A DNA stretch of 34,276 nt, taken from Candidatus Aenigmatarchaeota archaeon (GTDB taxonomy: Archaea > Aenigmatarchaeota > Aenigmatarchaeia > JACPZZ01). Under the pieces are notes generated by a model. The model worked only from the letters and a program-made list of their open reading frames with translations, made no database searches and was not told where the DNA came from. The first letter of the stretch is position 1. Each line of letters begins with the position of its first letter. The stretch spans positions 1-34,276 of the forward strand of contig JACOVS010000023.1 of NCBI GenBank assembly GCA_016177205.1, in the 5' to 3' direction. A program made the translations under genes and the position numbers. Positions 17,135 to 25,639 of the stretch are shown in pieces.

Positions 17135-18748
17135 TTATTCGTCCTCTTTTTGTTTGACGCCCTCTTCCGGTTCCCCGGTATCCTCTATTACGATTTTCCC
17201 CTTCTTTAACATATTTTCAAGCTTTGAGGCAATTTTATGCTTGTCTGCGCCGCTTAGTCTTGAAATCGCATCAGCCACTTCCGGTATGTATTTTTCAAAC
17301 AGGCTTATTCTCATCGCCGCCTCGCCGGCTTTTCTCTTCTTGTTCACGTAAATGCTTAATTTCCTTCCAGCATCCTGCAGCGCCAGTTTCACTTCCTTGA
17401 TTATTTCCGGATAGGAAGCGATGTCCTCTTTCGATTCAGACGTGAACGGAACCCAGACAGACACTATGTGGACAAATATAGCAATCGGGCCAGTCGGTAA
17501 TGATGCGCCGGAAGCCTGCTCCAAACCGTAGCGCCGCCATTCAATTTCGCTGACAGCCTTTGCCAGCGCGCAGTCGCCCGCCTGGTACATTAACGGGACA
17601 CGGTTAGCGAACCTGTACAACGTCGCTACGGAATCCGGCGGCAGTTCTCCGCCGTACGCCAAACCGACCTCAACTTCGAAAGGGTTCCCCCGGTAAACGT
17701 CCGGCGACCTTGTTATCGCAACAACATACTCCGGGTTTAATTGTTTTTTTAGACCCTCTTCTATCAGTTTCTCGCGCAACGGAGACAAGCAGTCAAGAGG
17801 GGGTTTTATCAGTTGCACCTGTTGTATGGCCTGGAACAACTTTTCAACCTGCGGCCCGTCTATGTTCCTCGGGCTCACATCGTCGCCGAATTTGGCCAGT
17901 CGTATTATCTCCTTTGCGGAACTCTGGCCAACCCTGGAAAAATCCGTGGTGAAAAACCCTGTTAAAGTTCTAGCCTCGGTTGTGCGCAGCATTCGCCGCA
18001 AAATTCCTATCTCGACGCCGTGCGGATGCGGCTTAATCGATTTCGGCTCCTCGGGAAGCGTTTTTACCGAGCGTTCAAATTTTATTTTAACATCCGGAGA
18101 ATCGTAGATTATTTCTGCGTAAGGGTTTGACAGCGCAGTCTGCTTCAAATACTCTGAAACAGACTGCTGGTGTTCAACGTATTTGCCTTCCACCTCAAGT
18201 TCTATCTTCACACCGTGCCAGTTTTTCCCTTCCTTGATCTCTTCCTTGATTATTTCCGGTTCATTCTTGAACGTGTCAATCATAAGGTTCATGTAATGCG
18301 TTTTGCCGTCACCCGTCGATGTCGCAATCCGCGCAGGCTTTCCGCTTGTCAGTTGCGAATAAAGAACAGCGCCCGATATGCCTATGCCCTGCTGTCCGCG
18401 GCTCTGGAGGAGTTTATGGAACTTGGACCCGAACAAAAGTTTTCCAAATACGCGGCCGACATTCTGCTTTACAATGCCGGGCCCGTTATCTTCAACAGAT
18501 ATGACATACCTGTCTTTGATATCATCTACAGGTTTAACAGAAACCTTTATATCCGGAATTATTCGTGCAGTCTCGCACGCGTCCAAACTGTTATCGACAG
18601 CTTCCCTGACAACGGTCAGCAGCGCCTTCACTTTGTTGTCGTAGCCGAGAAGGTGGCGGTTCTTCTCGAAGAACTCCGAGACGGAAATCTCGCGCTGGTC
18701 CCTGGACAGCTCTTCAGCGCCTTTTACCTTGTCGGCTTTATCAGCCAT
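17135..18748 (-). CDS. top6B: DNA topoisomerase VI subunit B (GHKL ATPase)
   Basis: Bergerat fold motifs (VREAVDNSLDA, DNGPGI, GQQGIG). The ATG at 18748 (MADKADK) is preferred over the TTG at 18760 because a TATA-like box lies about 27 nt upstream. Confidence 0.9.
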   Translation of the reverse strand: MADKADKVKGAEELSRDQREISVSEFFEKNRHLLGYDNKVKALLTVVREAVDNSLDACETARIIPDIKVSVKPVDDIKDRYVISVEDNGPGIVKQNVGRVFGKLLFGSKFHKLLQSRGQQGIGISGAVLYSQLTSGKPARIATSTGDGKTHYMNLMIDTFKNEPEIIKEEIKEGKNWHGVKIELEVEGKYVEHQQSVSEYLKQTALSNPYAEIIYDSPDVKIKFERSVKTLPEEPKSIKPHPHGVEIGILRRMLRTTEARTLTGFFTTDFSRVGQSSAKEIIRLAKFGDDVSPRNIDGPQVEKLFQAIQQVQLIKPPLDCLSPLREKLIEEGLKKQLNPEYVVAITRSPDVYRGNPFEVEVGLAYGGELPPDSVATLYRFANRVPLMYQAGDCALAKAVSEIEWRRYGLEQASGASLPTGPIAIFVHIVSVWVPFTSESKEDIASYPEIIKEVKLALQDAGRKLSIYVNKKRKAGEAAMRISLFEKYIPEVADAISRLSGADKHKIASKLENMLKKGKIVIEDTGEPEEGVKQKEDE

Positions 18749-18770
18749 TTTATCAACCAAAGAAATCCCT

Positions 18771-18780
18771 TAATTATAAG
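18771..18780 (-). promoter_or_regulatory. TATA-like box (minus strand CTTATAATTA) upstream of top6B
   Basis: Seen directly in the sequence, about 27 nt from the ATG at 18748. Confidence 0.35.
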
Positions 18781-18810
18781 CGGTCATAGTATATAAAATT
18801 CAGCGACTTT

Positions 18811-19452
18811 TCAGCTCTTTGCAGCCGTTATTATCACCTGGTTCCCCAGCGTGGGCGGGCAGATGGAACCGGGCAGCAGCAGGACATCCCGCACGTAGAC
18901 GCCGTTGGTGGAAACATTTTTTACCTTGAACCTGTGCGCGCGCAGAAATTCTTTTATCTTCTCCAGGTTGAAATCGCGGACATGAAACTTGTCGTCCTTG
19001 TGCTTGTCCGGATGGTCAAGTTTGGCCGCTCCGTACGTCGGGAATTTTCCGAAAATCATCTTGACCCTGTTTTTCAGGCAGCATATGTTGGGAAACGAAA
19101 ACACAAAAACACCTTTCGGTTTCAGGCATTTGTAAATTTGACCGAGAAAAACGTCCGTGTAAACGACGTGCTCGATGACTTCGCCCGCAACCGCAAAATC
19201 AAATTTATTTTTTAGGGCGTTCGGAAATTCCTTACCGTCGAAATTCATTATTATGTCGGCATCGTCGAAAATGTCGATGGTAGTGACATCAAAACCCCTG
19301 CTTTCAAACATCCTGGTAATGTAGCCTTTTTTGGTGTCGCCCACGTTTAGGATTTTCTTGCCACCGCCCGATTTTATCACGCTATCAACGATTATCTGCT
19401 GCCTTCTAAGGGTTTCATTGTCATTTGAGCCCGGCCATTTTGTCATATTCAT
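18811..19452 (-). CDS. Class I SAM-dependent methyltransferase
   Basis: Motif I-like ILNVGDTKKGY, an acidic residue after beta-2 (VTTIDI), and AGEVIEHV / LKPKGVFVFS blocks; 213 aa. Confidence 0.7.
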   Translation of the reverse strand: MNMTKWPGSNDNETLRRQQIIVDSVIKSGGGKKILNVGDTKKGYITRMFESRGFDVTTIDIFDDADIIMNFDGKEFPNALKNKFDFAVAGEVIEHVVYTDVFLGQIYKCLKPKGVFVFSFPNICCLKNRVKMIFGKFPTYGAAKLDHPDKHKDDKFHVRDFNLEKIKEFLRAHRFKVKNVSTNGVYVRDVLLLPGSICPPTLGNQVIITAAKS

Positions 19453-19462
19453 CCCCCTTTGA

Positions 19463-19957
19463 TCAAACTTTCCTAAAGTTTGTTTTTTCCAAAAACCTGT
19501 AAACAGCCGCGTGCGACCTTCCGGTTAGCAGTTGGAGCACGGCCTGCTTTGCTATATCAGTTGATTCCCAGTCCCCTATGATCGATATGGTGTCGCCGTA
19601 TACCGAAACGTCACAGCCTGTAAATTGTTCGAGTAATTTCCTCGTCCTGCCCTTCGTACCTATGACGCGCGACTTTTGCGTTGCCCTTTTCTTCGGGCTG
19701 TACCCTTTCAGGCTGATAATCTCAAGCACGTTTTCGCCGCCCGAAAGTTTTAACGCCTTCTCCGGCGAAAACCCGCGGCCGATCGCGGTTATAATGTTCT
19801 TCGCGTCCATTACACCAATGGAGTCGCCCTTGATCTTCACGTCGTCGTCCACCGTTATTTCCGTTTCCGTGGTTTTTTCTATCTGTTTTTTCGCGGAGGC
19901 GTCCTTGCCGATTACCACGGCCTTTCTATCTTCGGGGAGTTTAACAAACTCTATCAT
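19463..19957 (-). CDS. KH-domain RNA-binding protein, archaeal Dim2/Pno1-like
   Basis: Two KH-like modules (VIGKDASAKKQIE; VIGTKGRTRKLLE), 164 aa, adjacent to aIF-1A as in many archaea. Confidence 0.7.
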   Translation of the reverse strand: MIEFVKLPEDRKAVVIGKDASAKKQIEKTTETEITVDDDVKIKGDSIGVMDAKNIITAIGRGFSPEKALKLSGGENVLEIISLKGYSPKKRATQKSRVIGTKGRTRKLLEQFTGCDVSVYGDTISIIGDWESTDIAKQAVLQLLTGRSHAAVYRFLEKTNFRKV

Positions 19958-20038
19958 ACAAAATCCCTTTTAAGAAAAGGTCTTTTGAAACCCCAAAAAC
20001 ACATTTCGGTTGTTCATGAAAGATTTCAATCTCCAACG

Positions 20039-20335
20039 TTATTTCATATAGCCCTGCTTCTTCATCCACGATACCTGCGTTGCCGTGTACCTCCACACGA
20101 GGTCACCGCGCTTATCGCCCTGGATTTTCCAGGGTTCAACGATTACGGTGTCGCCCGCGCGTATCCAGACTTTTTTCCTTAACCTGCCCGGTATCCTGCA
20201 TATCCTTGTTTTTCCGTCGTTGCAATCGGTCCTGAACCTATCCCCGCCTAGCAGTTCCAGTACGATGCCCAGTATTTCGCCTTGGCGCGGCAACCGCACG
20301 CGTTCTTGCTGTTGTTCTTCCATAAAATTACCCAA
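20039..20335 (-). CDS. eif1a: Translation initiation factor aIF-1A
   Basis: S1-like OB fold signature [51 protein letters not shown]; 98 aa. Confidence 0.88.
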   Translation of the reverse strand: MGNFMEEQQQERVRLPRQGEILGIVLELLGGDRFRTDCNDGKTRICRIPGRLRKKVWIRAGDTVIVEPWKIQGDKRGDLVWRYTATQVSWMKKQGYMK

Positions 20336-20358
20336 ATCCGTTCGGACTGTCAGTAGTA

Positions 20359-20961
20359 TTATTTGAACCTAAGCATAATAGTCTTCCTGTTGATGTGTTT
20401 TCCTTCTTTCATGCCGGCCATTGACGAAGATTCTTTGACTTCGGGCTTGAAACGCTTCTTCAAAAAACCGACCAGTTTGCTTCCCTCGGCGAATTTGATC
20501 ACGTAAAGGTCGACACCTTCCTTTTTTTGCTCGACCTTCGAAGTCCCGACCCACTTAGCGTATTCGTAGGGCTTTTCCCAGTTTCCCCTTAGCTGTATCA
20601 TGACTTCGTAATAACCGCCTCGCATGCGGGAACAGTTGTCGCAGGCGTTTTTCCTGGCGGAACCGCGAATTTCCAGTTCTCCGTCAAGGATGTTTTTCTT
20701 GTAGTCGACGGAGTATTTTACGGTGAAGTAGTTGCCGTGGTCTTCCACATCAACGTCAATAAGAAGGCCTATGTGCTTGATGCCGTCCTGAATCGCTTCT
20801 TCGAAACTTTTCCACGCGCCTTTGGAGAACCAGCGTTTGCATATGGGGCACATTATGAGTTTACCCCTAAACTCGGCCAGTGCGTGCGTTTTCGTAAAGC
20901 AGTCCTTGCACACGCCGTCTATTAATTCTCCTTCACGGCCGCATCTTGGACAAAAATCCAT
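20359..20961 (-). CDS. NMD3-family zinc-ribbon protein (short, 200 aa)
   Basis: N-terminal CPRCG...CKDC...CPIC Cys clusters are typical of NMD3, and there is a further CDNC. The start is taken at MDFCPRCG (ATG at 20961). The ORF-track extension to 21048 would cover two hairpins. Confidence 0.65.
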   Translation of the reverse strand: MDFCPRCGREGELIDGVCKDCFTKTHALAEFRGKLIMCPICKRWFSKGAWKSFEEAIQDGIKHIGLLIDVDVEDHGNYFTVKYSVDYKKNILDGELEIRGSARKNACDNCSRMRGGYYEVMIQLRGNWEKPYEYAKWVGTSKVEQKKEGVDLYVIKFAEGSKLVGFLKKRFKPEVKESSSMAGMKEGKHINRKTIMLRFK

Positions 20962-21000
20962 AACACACCTTCTTCGGTTGAGCTTTCTTTTTAAGACCAA

Positions 21001-21043
21001 GTAAGCTAATAGCTTACGGGTGCAGTTTTGCTTGTGCAAAACT
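21001..21043 (-). terminator. Two consecutive hairpins immediately after the 606-aa gene stop
   Basis: gtaagct-aat-agcttac (21001-21017, 7 bp) and agttttgc-ttgt-gcaaaact (21024-21043, 8 bp). On the minus strand they are followed by an A/T-rich tract. They mark the end of the pilus gene block. Confidence 0.45.
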
Positions 21044-21051
21044 AGCAAAGG

Positions 21052-22872
21052 TCAATCAAACCTTCTCGAATACCACAGCGTAACAAAGATCTGGTAAGGG
21101 TTTGCCAGGTCGCCGCTTTCAAATACGGTGTACGCCCGTGTTGAACTGCCGCCTAAAGAAGGGTTTTTTACATTAATAAACTCCTTTGGAGCCGACCAAA
21201 TTACCGCCGCGCGGACAAGGTTTTTAAAATCCTCGCCCCCTTGGTTGGCCGACACCCACACAGCCCTGCCCGCTTCCCTTTCGGTGATGCCGTCTTTTAC
21301 TATGACCGAAGCGACCGGGCCGTTGAGGCCGGAGTATTTGTTTTCGCTGCCCACCGCTATCCGCTCAACCCTGTCGTTGTCCGGATACGGGCCGGTCTCG
21401 GAAAAATCAACGAACTTGTACGTTTTGTTAAAGGAAAAATCCATGTTATTTTTTACGTTGAACGTGGTGTTGCGCAAAAATATCCAGTCAACCGCTGAAC
21501 TTTTCCATTTGGGCTCTTCCGAGAATTCGGGCGTCCGCAGGTCTATCGTGTGCGTTCCGACATCAAGCAAAACCGTGAACCCTTCAGGGTTCTCAACCCT
21601 GTTCCACCCCCACAAGCCGGCGAACGAGGCGTCCCGTTGAACGAACGGATCCACCAAAACCTCGGCACCGTTGTCAACGGACACGGTATACACCCTTTCT
21701 TTCTCCTTCGGCGTCGTTCCGCGATACGATCGCAGCCAAACTTCATACCTGTCAGGCCTGTTTACATTTATTGTTATTGTCACTTCGCTGTCCCTGGTAT
21801 CAGTCCACACCGCCTCCCCGTCAGAGCACAGGTCATCGCCTTCGCCTGTGCACAAGCCGTTGGCCGAGGCAAGCGCCCAGCCAGCGCCCGTTTCAGCTTC
21901 GGCCTTTTCGTTATAAGTTTGCGCGTGCACGCCCTTCAGCACCATGGAAAATCCGTTCAGGATAAAATTATCTCCCGCTATAAGCGGCCCCTCGTCCGCG
22001 TCGGCTTCGTTATTGTTGTTCTCGTCCACATAAACCACATAATCGCAATACGCCCCGCCTTCCGGCTTTTCGGAACTGTCTATTATCCAGAATTTTTTCG
22101 CAATTCCCCGCGTTTTAACAAGGCCCTCGTGCGTGCTGTTTGTGCACGATATGGGGCCGTTCAGGGCCGAATCCGACAGCAACGCAGCCGTGTTGTTCGA
22201 CGACCTGAAACCGTAAAAATATTTTTTAATGTCATAGCTTGCGTTTTCCGGATGGTCCGGGACTAAAATGCCGTTTGTTGAGGAGCCTGTCACGGAATCC
22301 GTAACCCATTTTAACCCGAAAACGTCCCTTAACACAGAATCGGAGTTTATTTGCGCCTGAGTAACGCCGGACAGGAGAATTACGCCTTTGTAGTTCTTGA
22401 GGAAATCGAGGAGTTTTTGCTTGTCCGCTTCCATGTTCTGGTAGTGCCCGTAGACTATTACGTCCAGCGAATTCCAGTCCTGGACTGCCGCGATGTCCGA
22501 AACCGCGAAATCAATTTTCCTTTCGTTCAAGTCGAAGTCGGCCAGGTGCCGTGCAAGTTCAGCCAACTCCGCAGCAGAACAAAAACATCCCACGAACACG
22601 CTCCTTTTTATGGCGTTCCTCAGGCCGAACTCGTATTCTATGGCGTCGGAAAAGAGTATGTTTCCTATCGAGGATGAAACAAACGAAGAGTTTTGCCAGT
22701 CGTCGCCGAGGACGTTCGCCGTGTAGACAACGTCCCTAGACAACAGCGAGAGGTAATTTCTCGCCCACGGCGTGTCTCTTGTGTAAAGGGAAGAAAACTG
22801 TGACAGCGCGAACAGCACTATCAATACGGATAGTATCATTTCGATGGTGTGTATGTAGCCTTTCTTTACCAT
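21052..22872 (-). CDS. Large (606 aa) prepilin-like surface protein, candidate pilus-associated adhesin
   Basis: N-terminus MVKKG|YIHTIEMILSVLIVLFAL resembles a class III signal peptide. A large predicted extracellular part follows, with a beta-sandwich-like segment (VTITINVNRPDRYEVWLRSYRG...THTIDLRT). There is a 7-nt overlap with the upstream pilin-like gene. Confidence 0.6.
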   Translation of the reverse strand: MVKKGYIHTIEMILSVLIVLFALSQFSSLYTRDTPWARNYLSLLSRDVVYTANVLGDDWQNSSFVSSSIGNILFSDAIEYEFGLRNAIKRSVFVGCFCSAAELAELARHLADFDLNERKIDFAVSDIAAVQDWNSLDVIVYGHYQNMEADKQKLLDFLKNYKGVILLSGVTQAQINSDSVLRDVFGLKWVTDSVTGSSTNGILVPDHPENASYDIKKYFYGFRSSNNTAALLSDSALNGPISCTNSTHEGLVKTRGIAKKFWIIDSSEKPEGGAYCDYVVYVDENNNNEADADEGPLIAGDNFILNGFSMVLKGVHAQTYNEKAEAETGAGWALASANGLCTGEGDDLCSDGEAVWTDTRDSEVTITINVNRPDRYEVWLRSYRGTTPKEKERVYTVSVDNGAEVLVDPFVQRDASFAGLWGWNRVENPEGFTVLLDVGTHTIDLRTPEFSEEPKWKSSAVDWIFLRNTTFNVKNNMDFSFNKTYKFVDFSETGPYPDNDRVERIAVGSENKYSGLNGPVASVIVKDGITEREAGRAVWVSANQGGEDFKNLVRAAVIWSAPKEFINVKNPSLGGSSTRAYTVFESGDLANPYQIFVTLWYSRRFD

Positions 22873-23432
22873 ACGCCCACCGTGATGTTAATTACGCCGC
22901 CGTCTGTGTCCGGCGCGTAGCGGACTATCTGGTATCTCTGGGTGACTGAGGTTCTCGTGCTGACGCATTCCCAATTCTGCGACCCGGAAGGCGGGCACAA
23001 AAGCAGCCTTGAGGAGGTGTCGTAAATGGAAATGTCCAGGCACTTGTTTTCAGACAGCAAGTAACTTTTGAAGTCTGTGTAGCTGTCCGCGGGAAAATGC
23101 GTGTTTATGTTCAACCTTGATAAAATCCTGCCGTAACCCGCCTCTGTCGAGCATAACGTGTCCAGGTATTGCACCTTTGTCCTGTTTATCTTGTGATAAC
23201 CGCTTCCAAGGCCTATCCTCGGAGGGTCGTTGGGGTTCGCGTCCCAGACGCCGTCGTCAAATATCAGAAACTCGGATATCTGGAACGTCCTTGCCCGTAC
23301 AGCGTCGGAGTTGTGCTGCGACGTGAAAGGTGGTATTTCATTGTTTACAAAATTCATCACATACACAACAAGAAGTATGAAAGATACAACGGCTATTATG
23401 AATTCTACCGTGAACTGGCCTTTTCTTTTCAT
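22866..23432 (-). CDS. Prepilin-like protein (188 aa)
   Basis: MKRKG|QFTVEFIIAVVSFILLVVYV: a basic leader, Gly, and Glu at +5, which is a classic type IV prepilin N-terminus. Confidence 0.7.
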   Translation of the reverse strand: MKRKGQFTVEFIIAVVSFILLVVYVMNFVNNEIPPFTSQHNSDAVRARTFQISEFLIFDDGVWDANPNDPPRIGLGSGYHKINRTKVQYLDTLCSTEAGYGRILSRLNINTHFPADSYTDFKSYLLSENKCLDISIYDTSSRLLLCPPSGSQNWECVSTRTSVTQRYQIVRYAPDTDGGVINITVGVW

Positions 23433-23433
23433 A

Positions 23434-24420
23434 TTAAAACCCGAGGAAGCCTATCCTGATAAGTATGCTGAACACGGCAAAGCCCATCCCGGACATTATC
23501 ATTGAATGCTTTAACCCGCTGGTCACAGAGTTCTCGCTTATCTGTCCTGCCACAAGCCCGCCGAAAATGCCCTGCAGCATGAGCATGGAAAAAAACAGCG
23601 CCGTATAATAGCAGCCCACGCCGGCGCCGACGCCAAACATGCTGCAAACGACGCCATAAACAGAGCAGGGCGCGCAGTTAAGATCGCCCGAGCCCAGGCA
23701 AAGCCTGCAGGGGTCGCTGAACCCGAAAGAACCGGACCCGCTCAACGAAAACGACTGTTGCTTGAACATGGGTATGAGTATTTTCGTGAGCGCAAGCACG
23801 ATTATTAGGAACATGAAAAATATCGCGTACATTATCATTACGTGCTGGCCCAACGCGGCTTTCCGCTCCTTTTCCGCGTCCTTTATGACCGCAACGTCCC
23901 TGGACACGGACTCCAGCGTAGATGTTATGTTGCCCCCGGACGCGTAGGCCTCTTTGATAATTCTCATGGAACGCGTCATCAGTTCGGAATTTTTCGTCCT
24001 GCTTATGAAAATTTCAACTATCCGCTCAAACGGGACGCCCCACGTGTAATGGTTTACTATCCTCCTTATTTCCGGCGTTAGTTTGCCGTAATTGGATTCC
24101 GCGGCCGCGCTTAGCGCCTGTATAAGGTTCATCCCGGATCTTTGCGACTCCGACAAGTCTCTCAGGAAACTGGGAAACTGCTCCTCAAGGCTTTTTATCC
24201 AGGCGTGGTCCAGGTACTTCTTGATGAGATACGGGCCGATTATGACAAGGACCGACAGGAATACAAGGTTTCCTATCACCCCTATGTCGGGCGCGCCGGT
24301 TTCCGTTTTAATAAAGAATATCCCGGTCGCCAGGAGCAGCAGCGCGAGCATCATCGGATAAATCGCAATGGAGTTCTCGTCCGTCGCTTTTGGAAGGTAC
24401 TTTTTTAATTCGTTTATCAT
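23434..24420 (-). CDS. Type IV pilus platform protein, half-size TadC/FlaJ-like, with a tetracysteine loop
   Basis: 328 aa from MINELKKY (ATG at 24420, 2 nt after the upstream stop). It has N-terminal TM helices, a cytoplasmic T2SSF-like helical domain (FPSFLRDLSESQRSGMNLIQAL), C-terminal TM helices, and an inserted CRLC-x7-CAPC segment. Confidence 0.7.
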   Translation of the reverse strand: MINELKKYLPKATDENSIAIYPMMLALLLLATGIFFIKTETGAPDIGVIGNLVFLSVLVIIGPYLIKKYLDHAWIKSLEEQFPSFLRDLSESQRSGMNLIQALSAAAESNYGKLTPEIRRIVNHYTWGVPFERIVEIFISRTKNSELMTRSMRIIKEAYASGGNITSTLESVSRDVAVIKDAEKERKAALGQHVMIMYAIFFMFLIIVLALTKILIPMFKQQSFSLSGSGSFGFSDPCRLCLGSGDLNCAPCSVYGVVCSMFGVGAGVGCYYTALFFSMLMLQGIFGGLVAGQISENSVTSGLKHSMIMSGMGFAVFSILIRIGFLGF

Positions 24421-24422
24421 TT

Positions 24423-25298
24423 TTATTCCTCTGTGGGCGAAATGCCCTTTGACAGGAAGATGAACCCGACGGATATCATGGGCAGGAAAATGAATATCAC
24501 GAAAAACTGGATGGATATTACGGACGAGGTTGGCGAAATCGCAGTCATCACGGCGCTCAATATCAAAAAGAAAACCGACCCCACTATTATCAGGGTTATG
24601 TACATCTCTATGTACAGGGACATTTGTTCGGAGTAGTCCTTGATGCTGCGGCGGAAGTCGGCCATGTAGGATTTTGATTTTTCGTGGAGGTATTCGCTCA
24701 TGCTGCCGCCTGTCGTTATTATCGTGGACAGCCCCCACAGCAGATCCTTGAACTTTTCCGACGGCGTCCTCTCCGACGCTTTCTGAAGCGCTGTTTTGAC
24801 GTCCATGCCGAATATTTCCGTGTCCGTGTAAATTCTGGAAACTTCCCGCGACAGTTCTCCGAACTCGGAGAAGTCCGAGATTATCTTGAACATCTTCGTA
24901 GGCGGCGCGCCCGAACTGGCGATGGTCGCCATGTACATCGTTCCGAAAGGCAGCGAGTTTTCGATTTTTCTTTTCCTGCTGCTTGCAGATAGCGAGGGAT
25001 AGTAATACATAGCGGCGAAGGACATGGAACTCAGCACAAGGGATAAAGTGAACGACATGGTGACCGCCAGCGCAACCGAGCTTATCTGGGCGTACCCGAA
25101 CGCCAGCCCGAGAAGCAGGGAAACTGTCGGCCAGCCGACCAGCATTATCATAAACGAAACAAAGACCATGTTGGATACATATTCGTGGATGGAAACGCGC
25201 ATATCGGCCTTTACCAGCCCCTCCCTCAGCGGGTCAAAATGTTTCAGGTAGGGCTTTACAATGCCGCCGAAATACTTGAACGCGATTTTATTCAGCAT
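24423..25298 (-). CDS. Type IV pilus platform protein, half-size TadB/FlaJ-like
   Basis: 291 aa. TM helices flank a cytoplasmic helical domain (LPFGTMYMATIASSGAPPTKMFKIIS...), matching the T2SSF/FlaJ domain organisation. Confidence 0.65.
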   Translation of the reverse strand: MLNKIAFKYFGGIVKPYLKHFDPLREGLVKADMRVSIHEYVSNMVFVSFMIMLVGWPTVSLLLGLAFGYAQISSVALAVTMSFTLSLVLSSMSFAAMYYYPSLSASSRKRKIENSLPFGTMYMATIASSGAPPTKMFKIISDFSEFGELSREVSRIYTDTEIFGMDVKTALQKASERTPSEKFKDLLWGLSTIITTGGSMSEYLHEKSKSYMADFRRSIKDYSEQMSLYIEMYITLIIVGSVFFLILSAVMTAISPTSSVISIQFFVIFIFLPMISVGFIFLSKGISPTEE

Positions 25299-25319
25299 CT
25301 TATCTCCTTGTAAAACGAG

Positions 25320-25638
25320 TTGGTGTTGTTTAACTTTGCCGCCGGGAAGTCCCCTTTCGCAAGGTGGGGGACGAGAGGCGCGTTATATCGGAACGCCATA
25401 AACATAAGGATATTTATGCAACACCATCCCTTATTATCATTGCTAACACGCAGACATAAGGTCGCAATAACAAAACCTGTGCATATCCCTGTGTTGCGTA
25501 AAGTCAGACGGGCAAGTGCACAAGCGCATTACCTTCGGGACGAGGGGAATTAAAGCCTGTTGGAGATTCCGCGTGTAATCCGTGAATCAGGAAGCACTAT
25601 GCGAAAGCGTGGTGTAGTTCACTAATAAGCGTAATGCC
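25320..25638 (+). ncRNA. Candidate structured RNA of unknown class in the 340-nt gap inside the pilus gene block
   Basis: No credible ORF. Helices seen: 25349-25354/25367-25372; ataaggat/atcccttat around 25405-25434; attgc/gcaat around 25439-25468; ggaat/attcc (25546-25550/25566-25570); gtgaa/ttcac (25582-25586/25618-25622) enclosing the 8-bp stem CACUAUGC-GAAA-GCGUGGUG, which has two G-U pairs valid only on the plus strand; gcattac/gtaatgc (25526-25532/25631-25637). Confidence 0.4.
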
Positions 25639-25639
25639 G

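Noticed and set aside
18170-18796. 208-aa plus-strand ORF antisense to top6B
   Set aside because: It overlaps a gene with clear GHKL motifs and is a shadow ORF.
21550-22266. 238-aa plus-strand ORF antisense to the 606-aa pilin-like gene; likewise the 218-aa ORF at 28496-29152 opposite the two prepilin-like genes
   Set aside because: The minus-strand frames carry class III signal-like N-termini and fit the tightly packed operon. The plus-strand products are Arg/Pro-rich with no features.
25320-25553. 77-aa plus-strand ORF in the long gap of the pilus block
   Set aside because: It starts at a non-ATG codon and is highly basic with no hydrophobic core pattern. The region shows RNA-like helices instead, so I treated it as non-coding.
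25320-25638. Identification of the structured region as RNase P RNA or SRP RNA
   Set aside because: GGGAAGUCC resembles the RNase P CR-I box, but it pairs locally with GGGGGAC. No ACAGAA..GGCUUA-type CR-V partner is present. The GNRA hairpin lacks the SRP helix-8 arrangement of AGCA on the 3' side. The class is left open pending covariance-model search.
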